From IMG/VR virus record IMGVR_UViG_3300013014_000020, positions 51,295-115,294 of that record: a DNA stretch of 64,000 nt. One strand, given 5' to 3'. Below, in pieces: positions 1 through 9,650 of the stretch; the stretch's first letter is position 1, and each line of letters starts with the position of its first letter. Source of the DNA: a virus. The position numbers and the translations under genes are program-made. The notes below the pieces were generated by a model. It was not told the DNA's origin, did no database searches, and worked only from the letters and a program-made list of their open reading frames with translations.

Positions 1-3000
1 TTTTCTTTAATAAAAAGAGTTTTAAGTTCTTCACAAACATTACGAATATCTTCTTCCATTAATGTGTTTTTCTTAACAAGTTCTGTCATTAAACTTTCAA
101 CAAATGGTTGGTATTTTGCATCATCAGTGAAAATATTTGACATACATAGATAGAATCTTTCGTCTTCTACGGTGTCAAATTCTAGTCTTAATATTGGTAC
201 AAAACTATAATCTTCTGTTACTACCTCTTCATCTAAAACCTTATTTAATGTAAGTCCACTAAGATATTCATCTAATCTATAACCTATATTAGTTTGATAG
301 TTTTCTGCAACTAACTCAAATGGTGTTGGATTTGGTGATGGTGTTGGTGGTTGTAAATTATAAACAACATATTTACCGGTATCTAACTTAAAACCATCAA
401 CTTTATGATTAACTAAATCTAATTTTCTAAAGGTTTGTACATAATTTTCTTGGTATTTTGTAATTTCATTTTGTGGTCCTATAAGTGCCTCATTTAATTC
501 ATCTAATCTTTCTGTTATTATATCAATTAATTTATTTTTAAGTTGTCTAATTGCTGAATCTGGATATCCATTTGTACTCTTTTTAACTTTTAAAATAATT
601 GGGTTTTTATCGTCTTTTACATCATTTCTAGCTTGTCTAATAATGTTTTCAACGTCATCTTCAACTTTTGTTGGTTTTCCAAAAATTTCAGTTAATACTT
701 TATCAGGATCATATTGTGCTAAAGTTCCTGAAAAATATTTTACATTTTTATATAGGTATTGTATAAAGCCATAGTTTGTAACATTGTTTACAGTTTTTAA
801 CTGATCAAAAATTGTTATAAAATAATTTTTAGTGTTATCTGATAATTCTTTAAAGATGTCGGTGTATTCTATTTCACCTTCCTCATACTCACCATTATCA
901 AATGATATTGTACTCAAAATTTTACCAATAGTTGAACCGCCATTGTTATTAATAATGTCTGGTACATCAGCACTAGTTGTTTGAATTGGTGGTGGTGGTG
1001 TTTCCTTAACCGAAAGTAGTTTCTTTGCAAAGTCTTCGTCGTTCTTTTTTCCACTTTGATCTGTCGCAACAGCTCTATCATCATATATTTCAGTATTAGC
1101 ATAAAAATTAAATGATAATGCATTTTGTAATTGTGCGACAGGTTCCGCTAACCCGTGTCCACCAATAAAATCAAAACTCAATGAAACTTTAGCAATCATT
1201 GGTTGCACCCCAATTCCTTCTGGGTTAATATCATATATTAATGGGTCATAAGTTATTTGTAGTTGTGTTGGTACTATTTTAGTGTGATAAAAATCACCAA
1301 CTCTCAATACTAATATTGGTGGTGTTCCAAATGATGTATTCCTTGCGTCGTTATATTTTGGTTTACCGTCTGGACCAATTACCGGTATTGTTTCACCCGG
1401 TCTAACACATTGATTAAGAAATGTTAATCTAGAATTTAAACCTTCTGGTGTTGTTGAGTGGAACGCCGGATGGAAATACTTTATCTTGTCTTGGATGCTT
1501 GCAAGAACCATTGGTTGATCTTCTTTTATTAAATCAAAATAATCGCATTCAGAAAATAAAAATCTTAATACTTTTTTAGAAATACCTTCTTTTAATTTTT
1601 TTGCAGGATCAATTGGTCTTGTCGTCACGGGTGTTACAACAACATCTTCGATTGGTGGGTCACCACAATTATTTTCACAATCCGTTAAGCCGCTAAACGG
1701 TGCTGTTGGGTCATCAGTTTCAATACAAATACCATTTACACACTTATATCTTTTATTTACCTGTGGTGTTATTGGTATCGGTGACGGTGACGGTGTTGGG
1801 GGTATCGGTGAAGGTGCTGGTGTTGGGGGTGGTTTTGGTTTTGTAACCGAAATTTTATTAATACCGACTCTACGACAAACCATAGCTGGAACACTATACC
1901 ATTGAGAATTGTTTGTAACAGCATTTAAATTAACATCTTTAATATTGTTAGTACAATTAACACCTTTTCCGGCACCATTATTTGTTTGTGGTATTATATA
2001 CTGTTCACCACTTGCAGTATATTTAAATTTAACTTTACCTTGACTTTGTAATGTAGCCATTGTGTCATTACCAAGTTTTTGTTTTAAAAACCATTTTTTT
2101 ACAGAATCATTTCTTCTTTGTGATAAATTATTATTATACCCAACTGAAGCTGGGGCTGACGCTGATCCTTGTAATTCTAAAACTACGGTACCACCTTGAT
2201 CTATAATTATTTCTTTAAGTTTTGGTAAAAGTTCATCTTTAATTTTTTTAAAGTTGCCAATAATTACTTGGTCAAAAAATGGTATTACTTCTGCTCTTGT
2301 GAATACATCACCACCACTACTTACTTTTAAAGGTGCTGAACTTGTATTATAGACAGTTTTTCTTCCTAAATAAACATCGTACCAATATTGATAATCTTGA
2401 CTATTAGGTACTGTTGTTTCCCAGCTTCCAGATCCAAATGGATAATCATTGTCAAAATAAAAGGCATATCCTTCCCATTCTGTTAATTCGGTATTGGTGA
2501 TTTCTTGTTCTTTATTCGGTACAGCATTTGTGTTTGATGTGCTATTACTATTGTTTTCTGAAACGTTAACAGCATTACCTGTATTGGCAATAATAGGATT
2601 GTCACCACCACCAGAAGACGCATCAATTTGTGGTTCTGGATTTACTGGTATTTCATCTAACACACCATATTTTTCTTCGTCTGTAAGTCTTGGGTCTGCT
2701 AATAATTTTTGATATTCATAAAGTTGATTAACAGGAATTGTATTAAATTTAGCGGCTAAATCATATAAATCATATTTCACACAACCAGCAAAAAATGAAT
2801 CCATAATAGAGTCAACTTGTTCTGGTGAAAACTTATCTAATTGTTTTCTAATAATTGTGTTCATCATAGACGGATGATCAACAACAATTTTCCAAGCTAT
2901 TGAACCGGTTCTTGTCGTGTTTTTATATGTATGTATTGGTTCTGGTCTACCAAGGAACGATGTTGGGTTCCAGTTAGCTGTTGATGAATCACTAAAAGTT

Positions 3001-5000
3001 AAATCGTATGGTGGGAACCACATAATTCTTCCTCCGTTTGGTCCTCTTTCACACACTGGTAAATCATCATATGTAAAACCTGGTTGACTTGATGTCCTCC
3101 AAGCAAGATTTTCCAAAGAAAACATATATTTTTTAACTTTTTGATCAAATATATTTGTTGATCCAGGATTTCTTAATGGCGCAATGTTTAAATTATATGT
3201 GTTATCTAACACTGAATAGTCAAATTTTCTACCGGCAATTGTAATACCATCTGTTTTTTGTAAATCACCATAAGTAAAATACGGTGTATCCTTTTGGAAA
3301 ACTCTACAATATTCTCTTCCAACTTCCGAACCTTCAATTCCTATTGTTTCTGAATCGGTTACACTATCATAATAAGCAATTACTTGTGAACCTTTCGTCA
3401 TTTCTTTGTATCCATCATTAAAGACTTTGGATACTTGATTAATTGCATTTCCTACGTGTTGTAATCTTTTTGCACCAGTAACATTATCGGCAGCATTAAT
3501 TAATCTTTGTGTATTATCTAAAATGGAACCACCTTTAAATTCAAAACCGGTTGATTCTGTATCTGCGTTAAATTCTCCTTTAACTGCGTCAAATTGTTTA
3601 TCTTGTGGTTGTACTGGGTCACCGCCAGGTGCAACCTTGAATCCTAAGTTATCTTTATATTTTGGTGAAACCCAAGTAAATTGTCCTGTTATTCCACCTT
3701 GGTTTGAATATGATTTTCCGGCTAAACCAAATTTAATTTTATCTTCATTTCCTTCGTAAAGTTTACCTAAACTATCAGGACCATAAACTAGACTTGGTTG
3801 TTGATTTCCAAATCTATCAGTAGGAATTTCATTTGCGGGTGAATTTATTGTTGATGGATCGGCTTGACTACTACCAACGTAATACCCACTACCACCGTCC
3901 TCTGTGTTTCCACCTAAAAGATTATTAATAGCATCTGTAACGCCAAGTATTAATCCTTTATCATAATTTGGTCTATAGATGTTATACTGAATACTTCTAA
4001 ATAATACAGATTTTTGTCCGTAACCGGTATTCTCTAAAAATAAAACCGAAGGGTTTTTGTAATTTGGTAATAACGAACCTAATGCACCACCAGTTAAATT
4101 ATTTACAACGTTAAGAGCTCCTTGTGTTTGATCATTTTGACCTTGTAATGGTTTTGTAAAATAATCACCAGGAATCAATGATACTGGAAAATAAGTACCG
4201 CTTAGTCTGTTTGCAAAAGAAACGGCGGCTAATAACGGATTTTGCGGAATTGTAATTTTCCAATTTTTATTAATTAGTGGTTGTTGACCGCTTGCAACAA
4301 GTGACGCTTCAAATGGATCTTGTAATGAATCTAAATTTACAATACTATTAATTGTATTGTTAACCTCATCTGCAATTCTTTTTTCAAAAGCTTCTTTTAA
4401 TTTTTTCGCACCAATTTGTGCTAGTAATGAATCTTGTGATAGTGGTCCTGGTGTTCCCGTTGGATTTGAAGATGATAATATTTCAAAAGGACTATATATT
4501 GAATATAAAAAATTAATTGGTACTGATTGAAATACACTACCATTAGATGTTGCATATGGTGAAAAGTATTGTAAGTTATTAAAATTATCAGTAATAATTA
4601 CTAAATCTTTATAACCACTTTCTGGTCCATAAACATTTTTTATGTATGCCGAATCAATATAAAATTCATTAACTAAATCTATTTCTGCGTTGTCTTGTCC
4701 GTATTCACCTTGATTTGGTGTTACTGGTAATGGCTCACCATCAGTTGATATAATATTGTTATAACCACCTTCTGGTCCATATTCATTTAATGTATAAAGT
4801 TGGTTTGCTTGTACTGTAGTCCCAATTAAATCATTCGGCGAATTAATGACTGAACTATCATTCATTGGTGATACTTCGTAATTTACATTTCCAGATGGTG
4901 GGCTATAAGCCCCTGGGACATTATAGGGTGTTAAATTCCTGCCCATTAGGATATTCCTAAATGTAGCTGTTGAATTAAACGATAATGAACTTTCAGACAT
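1..5000 (-). CDS. Large baseplate / tail-tube initiator-like structural protein with inserted OmpA-like domain (3' end runs off the window)
   Basis: Missing from the ORF track, apparently because no stop falls inside the window. ATG at 5000 (MSESSLSFNSTATF...). Segments read by hand: WFPPYDLTFSDSS..NWNPTSFLGRPEPIHTY and FGTPPILVLRVGDFYHTKIVP (tube-initiator-like); LQGSASAPASVGYNNNLSQRRNDSV...CRRV (OmpA-C-like, confirmed in frame with the ATG). Lies directly downstream of the tape measure. Confidence 0.75.
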   Translation of the reverse strand, partial: MSESSLSFNSTATFRNILMGRNLTPYNVPGAYSPPSGNVNYEVSPMNDSSVINSPNDLIGTTVQANQLYTLNEYGPEGGYNNIISTDGEPLPVTPNQGEYGQDNAEIDLVNEFYIDSAYIKNVYGPESGYKDLVIITDNFNNLQYFSPYATSNGSVFQSVPINFLYSIYSPFEILSSSNPTGTPGPLSQDSLLAQIGAKKLKEAFEKRIADEVNNTINSIVNLDSLQDPFEASLVASGQQPLINKNWKITIPQNPLLAAVSFANRLSGTYFPVSLIPGDYFTKPLQGQNDQTQGALNVVNNLTGGALGSLLPNYKNPSVLFLENTGYGQKSVLFRSIQYNIYRPNYDKGLILGVTDAINNLLGGNTEDGGSGYYVGSSQADPSTINSPANEIPTDRFGNQQPSLVYGPDSLGKLYEGNEDKIKFGLAGKSYSNQGGITGQFTWVSPKYKDNLGFKVAPGGDPVQPQDKQFDAVKGEFNADTESTGFEFKGGSILDNTQRLINAADNVTGAKRLQHVGNAINQVSKVFNDGYKEMTKGSQVIAYYDSVTDSETIGIEGSEVGREYCRVFQKDTPYFTYGDLQKTDGITIAGRKFDYSVLDNTYNLNIAPLRNPGSTNIFDQKVKKYMFSLENLAWRTSSQPGFTYDDLPVCERGPNGGRIMWFPPYDLTFSDSSTANWNPTSFLGRPEPIHTYKNTTRTGSIAWKIVVDHPSMMNTIIRKQLDKFSPEQVDSIMDSFFAGCVKYDLYDLAAKFNTIPVNQLYEYQKLLADPRLTDEEKYGVLDEIPVNPEPQIDASSGGGDNPIIANTGNAVNVSENNSNSTSNTNAVPNKEQEITNTELTEWEGYAFYFDNDYPFGSGSWETTVPNSQDYQYWYDVYLGRKTVYNTSSAPLKVSSGGDVFTRAEVIPFFDQVIIGNFKKIKDELLPKLKEIIIDQGGTVVLELQGSASAPASVGYNNNLSQRRNDSVKKWFLKQKLGNDTMATLQSQGKVKFKYTASGEQYIIPQTNNGAGKGVNCTNNIKDVNLNAVTNNSQWYSVPAMVCRRVGINKISVTKPKPPPTPAPSPIPPTPSPSPIPITPQVNKRYKCVNGICIETDDPTAPFSGLTDCENNCGDPPIEDVVVTPVTTRPIDPAKKLKEGISKKVLRFLFSECDYFDLIKEDQPMVLASIQDKIKYFHPAFHSTTPEGLNSRLTFLNQCVRPGETIPVIGPDGKPKYNDARNTSFGTPPILVLRVGDFYHTKIVPTQLQITYDPLIYDINPEGIGVQPMIAKVSLSFDFIGGHGLAEPVAQLQNALSFNFYANTEIYDDRAVATDQSGKKNDEDFAKKLLSVKETPPPPIQTTSADVPDIINNNGGSTIGKILSTISFDNGEYEEGEIEYTDIFKELSDNTKNYFITIFDQLKTVNNVTNYGFIQYLYKNVKYFSGTLAQYDPDKVLTEIFGKPTKVEDDVENIIRQARNDVKDDKNPIILKVKKSTNGYPDSAIRQLKNKLIDIITERLDELNEALIGPQNEITKYQENYVQTFRKLDLVNHKVDGFKLDTGKYVVYNLQPPTPSPNPTPFELVAENYQTNIGYRLDEYLSGLTLNKVLDEEVVTEDYSFVPILRLEFDTVEDERFYLCMSNIFTDDAKYQPFVESLMTELVKKNTLMEEDIRNVCEELKTLFIKE

Positions 5001-5060
5001 TAATTTTAATTTTATTTATAAATAGATTATAAATAATTTTTTTGAAATGTAATTAAGAGT

Positions 5061-7091
5061 TTATTGTGGTTTGTACCAGGCTGGTATTAAATTATTATTG
5101 GTTTGGATGTCATTAATCTTTTTAATAAACTCAGCCATTTTACTTGGGTCTTTGTAATATTCAGTGATAGCATTACTCATTAAAGTTGTTAATGCGTCAT
5201 TTCTTATTGCAGGATCCATTGTAACATTAATATCAATCTTATTTGTTAAATCAATTTTAGACTCTGCTGGTTTGTTTTGAGTGCTTGATGGTGTTGTGTT
5301 GTTCACAACGCTATTTGAACTAACCGCATTATTCGAATTGTTTATTGCGGTATTGCTTACACTACTTGTAGATTTTGTATTTTCTTTTCTGAATAATGTT
5401 TCTAATTCTGGTGAATTAGTTTTAAAATCTGTACCCATTTGTTCAAAAAATTGGTCACTTGTAATTGTACTATAAGCTTTACCTAATGTTTCAAGTGTTG
5501 ATGATGCCAAATCTTTTAAGTCTTCGACACTACTCACATTTTTTATTTTCTTATACAGAGTTTCAACTTCAGTTGTTACTCCAGCAACTCTATCACCAAT
5601 AACACCTAATCCAACTCTTATGTTTTCAGATTCCCTATATTCATCTTTTACGATTCCTTTTGGTGATTCTGGAGCTTCAAATCCAGCTTTTCTAACACCA
5701 GTTGTTATTGCCTCATATCCAGTTTGCATTAATGAAGTTGTTGCAGCTCCAAAACCCATAGCAGTCAATGTTGCTGATATTTTAGCGTCAATTGATTGTA
5801 AAGAAGAAAGTTGGTCAATTGCAAGTTCCTCCATAGATTTTCCTTGTAATTCTTGAGATTCTTTTAAAGATTGTATTTCGTTAACTTGTAAATCTGTAAC
5901 TTCTTTCATTACATATTCTCCAGTCCATTTATCTTTTTTACCAGTTTTTTCGTCTACCACAAATTGTTTAACCTTAACTTCAGCAATACCTTGTTTATTA
6001 ATTTGAGCCATAGTTGCAATCATTTCCCTATCTTCTTTTGATGTTCCAGGTGAAAATTTGATTTGTTTCATTTTATAATCTAAATTTGCGGCATTTAAAG
6101 ACATTTTTGCTAGTTCACCACTCGTCATACCTAAAGCTTCTGCAACTTCTCTTAATCTTCTTTTTTCTCCGGGCATAATTTGAAACTCACCCAGATTTTT
6201 ATTAAAACTTACAAAATCTTTTGACATTTTTACAATTTGATTTTGTAGTTCAGTTGGGTCATTTGCCGATAAATCCATTAACTTTAGTGGGTCTGTTAAA
6301 GCACTTGTTTGAACACCTAATCTTTGTAGAGAGGCTGCCATTTCTATTGCACTTTCTGGGTTAAAGGCTTTTTCTGTAATTTCAAACATTTTACCCATAT
6401 CTATTCCGAGTTTAGATGCTTGAACTGACATTTTAGCAAGTCCTTTAACACCACCATCAAAATTATATAAATTCATTACGCCGATATTTTTTGTTACTTT
6501 GTCGGCAACATCCCTCACAATAGCACCAGATTCTTTTGCTACTTTTGTTACATCCATCATTTTGTCGGCAACACCACTTAAATTAACACCAACACCTCTA
6601 AATGATGATGCTAAGTCTTTCGCACTAACACCGGTTACTTTAGCGGTTGCTGCTAGTTCTGCCATTCGTTCGTCACTAATTGATATGTTAGTACCAAACA
6701 CAGAAGATAAATCAATATATTGTTTTTGAACTTCACCAATTGATAAACCTAGTTCAGCAAACTTTGGGGCACTGTCTGCAATTAATTTTCTAAACTCATC
6801 TGCTTTTTTTGAACCGGTACCTAAGGCTTCATTAATTTTTGCACTTTCTTGATCCAAAAATTTTAATCTAGCTAGATTGCCTTCTAATGATAATAAATCA
6901 GTAATACTACCCTTAATTGTTTGCATTACGGAACCTACTGTATCTGCAACACCTAAAACACCATTTTTAGCGGCTGTTGTTAATAAGTCTGAATATTTGG
7001 TAGCATTTTGTAAAGTTGCGGTATTGTTAGCTTCGACTTGGGCTAATTCCAAATCGGCTTTACTTGTTTTGGCGCTTTCATCAAACATCAT
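5061..7091 (-). CDS. Tape measure-like protein
   Basis: 676 aa, helical, Ala/Lys/Leu-rich; canonical position after tube and chaperone. Confidence 0.7.
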   Translation of the reverse strand: MMFDESAKTSKADLELAQVEANNTATLQNATKYSDLLTTAAKNGVLGVADTVGSVMQTIKGSITDLLSLEGNLARLKFLDQESAKINEALGTGSKKADEFRKLIADSAPKFAELGLSIGEVQKQYIDLSSVFGTNISISDERMAELAATAKVTGVSAKDLASSFRGVGVNLSGVADKMMDVTKVAKESGAIVRDVADKVTKNIGVMNLYNFDGGVKGLAKMSVQASKLGIDMGKMFEITEKAFNPESAIEMAASLQRLGVQTSALTDPLKLMDLSANDPTELQNQIVKMSKDFVSFNKNLGEFQIMPGEKRRLREVAEALGMTSGELAKMSLNAANLDYKMKQIKFSPGTSKEDREMIATMAQINKQGIAEVKVKQFVVDEKTGKKDKWTGEYVMKEVTDLQVNEIQSLKESQELQGKSMEELAIDQLSSLQSIDAKISATLTAMGFGAATTSLMQTGYEAITTGVRKAGFEAPESPKGIVKDEYRESENIRVGLGVIGDRVAGVTTEVETLYKKIKNVSSVEDLKDLASSTLETLGKAYSTITSDQFFEQMGTDFKTNSPELETLFRKENTKSTSSVSNTAINNSNNAVSSNSVVNNTTPSSTQNKPAESKIDLTNKIDINVTMDPAIRNDALTTLMSNAITEYYKDPSKMAEFIKKINDIQTNNNLIPAWYKPQ

Positions 7092-7117
7092 TGGATTCTA
7101 GTTTATTGATAAATACT

Positions 7118-7274
7118 TTATTGTTGATTTTGTTCTGAAATTTTATCAATAACATACCTTCTGAAATATGTTGGCATAATCAGATAGTCACTATAAGAAA
7201 GTTTTAACATTCTAGCTAAATAAATGTATTCGTCAATAAGTCTTAACTTATATTGAGAAGAAAGGCCGAAAAAA
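7118..7274 (-). CDS. Short gp51/gpT-like extension ORF, probably expressed by frameshift from 7248..8018
   Basis: Open +1 frame FFGLSSQYKLRLIDEYIYLARMLKLSYSDYLIMPTYFRRYVIDKISEQNQQ*, overlapping the upstream ORF end at GTTTTTTC. Confidence 0.55.
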
Positions 7275-8018
7275 CTCCACCCCAAAAGCAATAGATACTA
7301 CTGCTCTTTCTCCAGACGGGGCTATAACTTCTTTTGATAGATCAAGTCTAGGTTCGTTTTCAAACATAAAGTTTCTAATATACTTGGAATCAGAAATAGG
7401 CATTGATTCAACAAATTTTGCAATATCACCTTTGTTTGCTTTTCCGTCCAATTCAACAATAAGTTTATTAAGTCTTAATGTAACTGTTGGTTGGATTCTT
7501 CCTTGTGGGTATGACTCTAATGTTCTTTCTATTTCTAGATAATCCCTCATATTTAAAGGTTTTAATTTGACCGTTGATTTACTCCTTGGTAAGGTAACAG
7601 TAAATGTACCGTCACTATCTGGGTTTACTGGATTTTTTTTAATATTTAATTCATCAAGAACAATTGTAGCATCAAATAATTTTCCGGTTTGTGGATCTGG
7701 AACTGAAACGACATATTCTGGTCCAAAAGATGTATTTCTTAAAAAAAGTAATATTGCCTCCAAATCACCGTCTAATAATTCTTCTGGTCTTAAATCTGGT
7801 TCATATAATTTATTTCTTAATAAAGGTAATATTAATGTTTCTTTAATGGATTTATTGCCGTCCATATTAACCAATATGTTTTCATCAGCAGCCGTTAGAT
7901 ATCCAACCTTAACACTTTTCTTTTTATTTGGATAGAAGATTCCTCCAGACGGTAGCGGTACTACATCGTGTGGTAAATTAAAATTCATTTGTCCATAATC
8001 ATTAACATTAGTTTCCAT
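7248..8018 (-). CDS. T4 gp26-like baseplate hub / tail assembly chaperone
   Basis: VPLPSGG..YP, LTAADENIL, GDLEAILLFLR..SFG, TLP.SK..VKLKPL; located between tube and tape measure. Confidence 0.75.
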   Translation of the reverse strand: METNVNDYGQMNFNLPHDVVPLPSGGIFYPNKKKSVKVGYLTAADENILVNMDGNKSIKETLILPLLRNKLYEPDLRPEELLDGDLEAILLFLRNTSFGPEYVVSVPDPQTGKLFDATIVLDELNIKKNPVNPDSDGTFTVTLPRSKSTVKLKPLNMRDYLEIERTLESYPQGRIQPTVTLRLNKLIVELDGKANKGDIAKFVESMPISDSKYIRNFMFENEPRLDLSKEVIAPSGERAVVSIAFGVEFFRPFFSI

Positions 8019-8063
8019 ATTCTTTTTTATTATAAAAATATCTTACTTATGTTTTTTGTAAAT

Positions 8064-8098
8064 AAAAAACCCACATAACAAAAAATTATGCGGGTTTT
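8064..8098. terminator. Putative intrinsic terminator after the tail tube gene
   Basis: AAAAAACCCACATAA...TTATGCGGGTTTT imperfect inverted repeat with A/T tails. Confidence 0.55.
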
Positions 8099-8117
8099 AA
8101 ATATCATTTGGAGTAAA

Positions 8118-8606
8118 TTAGTATACTAAAATACAACGGTCCATACGAAGTGTTGCCGAAATATCAGCAATTGCATCCTGTGAATAAGATAAAGAACCAA
8201 AGTTCAAGTCTGTCATAAATGTACCTTCTAAAATCCATTTTTCAACAACTACCCCAGTTGGGTCTAACATTTCTAAATCAACATTCTTTTTGTATCCAGC
8301 GGCATAACCCATACGACCGGTAACTGATTCAGCACATAGACGCATCCATTCCATTAATGCTTGTGATGCAGACGGTCCGATTGGGTCTCTAAATTTAACA
8401 GTAATTGGATCCCAGTTAAATCTACCAGCAACATAAGTTGATGTGTTTAAAAATTGAATTTCAGTTGAACCTACTTTAATTGATGGTCTTGATGCGCTTT
8501 CAACGAACCACTCGTTAATTCCTAAACTTGAAGGAAACCTAACGATAAACCTGTTCTGCCTTTTTGGTTCATACGGAACTGGCATTTTCATTAATAAATC
8601 AGCCAT
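8118..8606 (-). CDS. Tail tube protein (T4 gp19-like)
   Basis: EPKRQNRF, YVAGRFNWDPITVKF.D, W, LEMLDPTG.VVEKW.L.G.F, L.Y motifs; downstream of the sheath. Confidence 0.92.
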   Translation of the reverse strand: MADLLMKMPVPYEPKRQNRFIVRFPSSLGINEWFVESASRPSIKVGSTEIQFLNTSTYVAGRFNWDPITVKFRDPIGPSASQALMEWMRLCAESVTGRMGYAAGYKKNVDLEMLDPTGVVVEKWILEGTFMTDLNFGSLSYSQDAIADISATLRMDRCILVY

Positions 8607-8747
8607 AATTATTTAATTTTTTTTAATTGTTTATTTTCTTTATTTGATAAATATATCTTTATGAAAAATTTTTCTATTTACTTTGACTTTTTTTCAAATT
8701 ATATATTCTATTATAAATACTACTTTAATAATTAATATATTAGTTTA

Positions 8748-9581
8748 TTAATATTCTTTCTTTTCTCCTCCTGCTGTTAAATAAGTCTTTAATATATTAT
8801 CTTTTTTTTTATCAAAATGTTTTTTCATAGATTCTACATTTCTTACATCATCATCTGAAAATCCAATAAATGGTGTGAAGTAATTACTAATCTTATTTTT
8901 CATCATAGCTTTTGTTTGCAAATTCCTTGAAGTTAGTTTTACATAATCAACAAACTCTTCCATAGCATTTATTTTTGCTTGCTCAGGATTAGTTGCCGAA
9001 CCTTCACCAAATGAAACTGGGTAAAATCTACACATATCAAGATAAGACTTTATTAATTGATCTTTTGTTAATTTATCTTCATCCGCCAAATTTCTATATT
9101 TTAAGAGGTTTTTTGCTAATAGATTAGAATTAAGACCATGCATATTTTTCTTTATTAAATTATATACCCCTTGTTTTAATATACTTGGTGTATGACCTCT
9201 TGCTGTTACAATTGAAAATATTGAACCGTTATTAACTGCTTCTATAAAATCAGACCAAGCGGGCCCAGTAGGTGCTTTCATTGCGTCTTCCAAGAATTTT
9301 TTGTCCCCAGTAACTCTAAAATCTCTAAAAGGGTCTTCATCAAAGCCCACAATAGTATGTCCCTCATATCCAAAATCTTCATTTCCAATTAAAGTTCTAT
9401 ATTCAGCAAAATCTTCGGTCGACATACCAACAGATTTGTTGTTATTATCTTTCAAATAAATTTTTGTTGGCATATACATTAGGTTATCATCCCAGTCAAA
9501 AGCATAGTATTTCATAACTGGTGTATGAGCATCATCAATAATTTCATTGATTATTTGTCTAACTAAATTTTTGTAATTCAT
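8748..9581 (-). CDS. HAD-superfamily phosphatase-like protein (probable start 9581)
   Basis: FDWDDNL (DxD), IVTARG, K and GFSDDD motifs. The ORF-track start at 9629 overlaps a terminator, and a TATTTAT motif precedes ATG 9581. Confidence 0.6.
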   Translation of the reverse strand: MNYKNLVRQIINEIIDDAHTPVMKYYAFDWDDNLMYMPTKIYLKDNNNKSVGMSTEDFAEYRTLIGNEDFGYEGHTIVGFDEDPFRDFRVTGDKKFLEDAMKAPTGPAWSDFIEAVNNGSIFSIVTARGHTPSILKQGVYNLIKKNMHGLNSNLLAKNLLKYRNLADEDKLTKDQLIKSYLDMCRFYPVSFGEGSATNPEQAKINAMEEFVDYVKLTSRNLQTKAMMKNKISNYFTPFIGFSDDDVRNVESMKKHFDKKKDNILKTYLTAGGEKKEY

Positions 9582-9603
9582 ATTAATAAATATTACATAA
9601 AAT

Positions 9604-9632
9604 AAAAAATGGGGATCAATGACCCCCACTTT
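9604..9632 (-). terminator. Intrinsic terminator after the sheath gene
   Basis: Minus strand TGGGGGTC-ATT-GATCCCCA followed by TTTTTT. Confidence 0.75.
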
Positions 9633-9650
9633 ATAATAATCTTTAATTGA

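Noticed and set aside
914-3759. Short ORFs 914..1123, 2494..2712 and 3523..3759
   Set aside because: They overlap the long minus-strand reading frame starting at 5000 and are out-of-frame or antisense noise.
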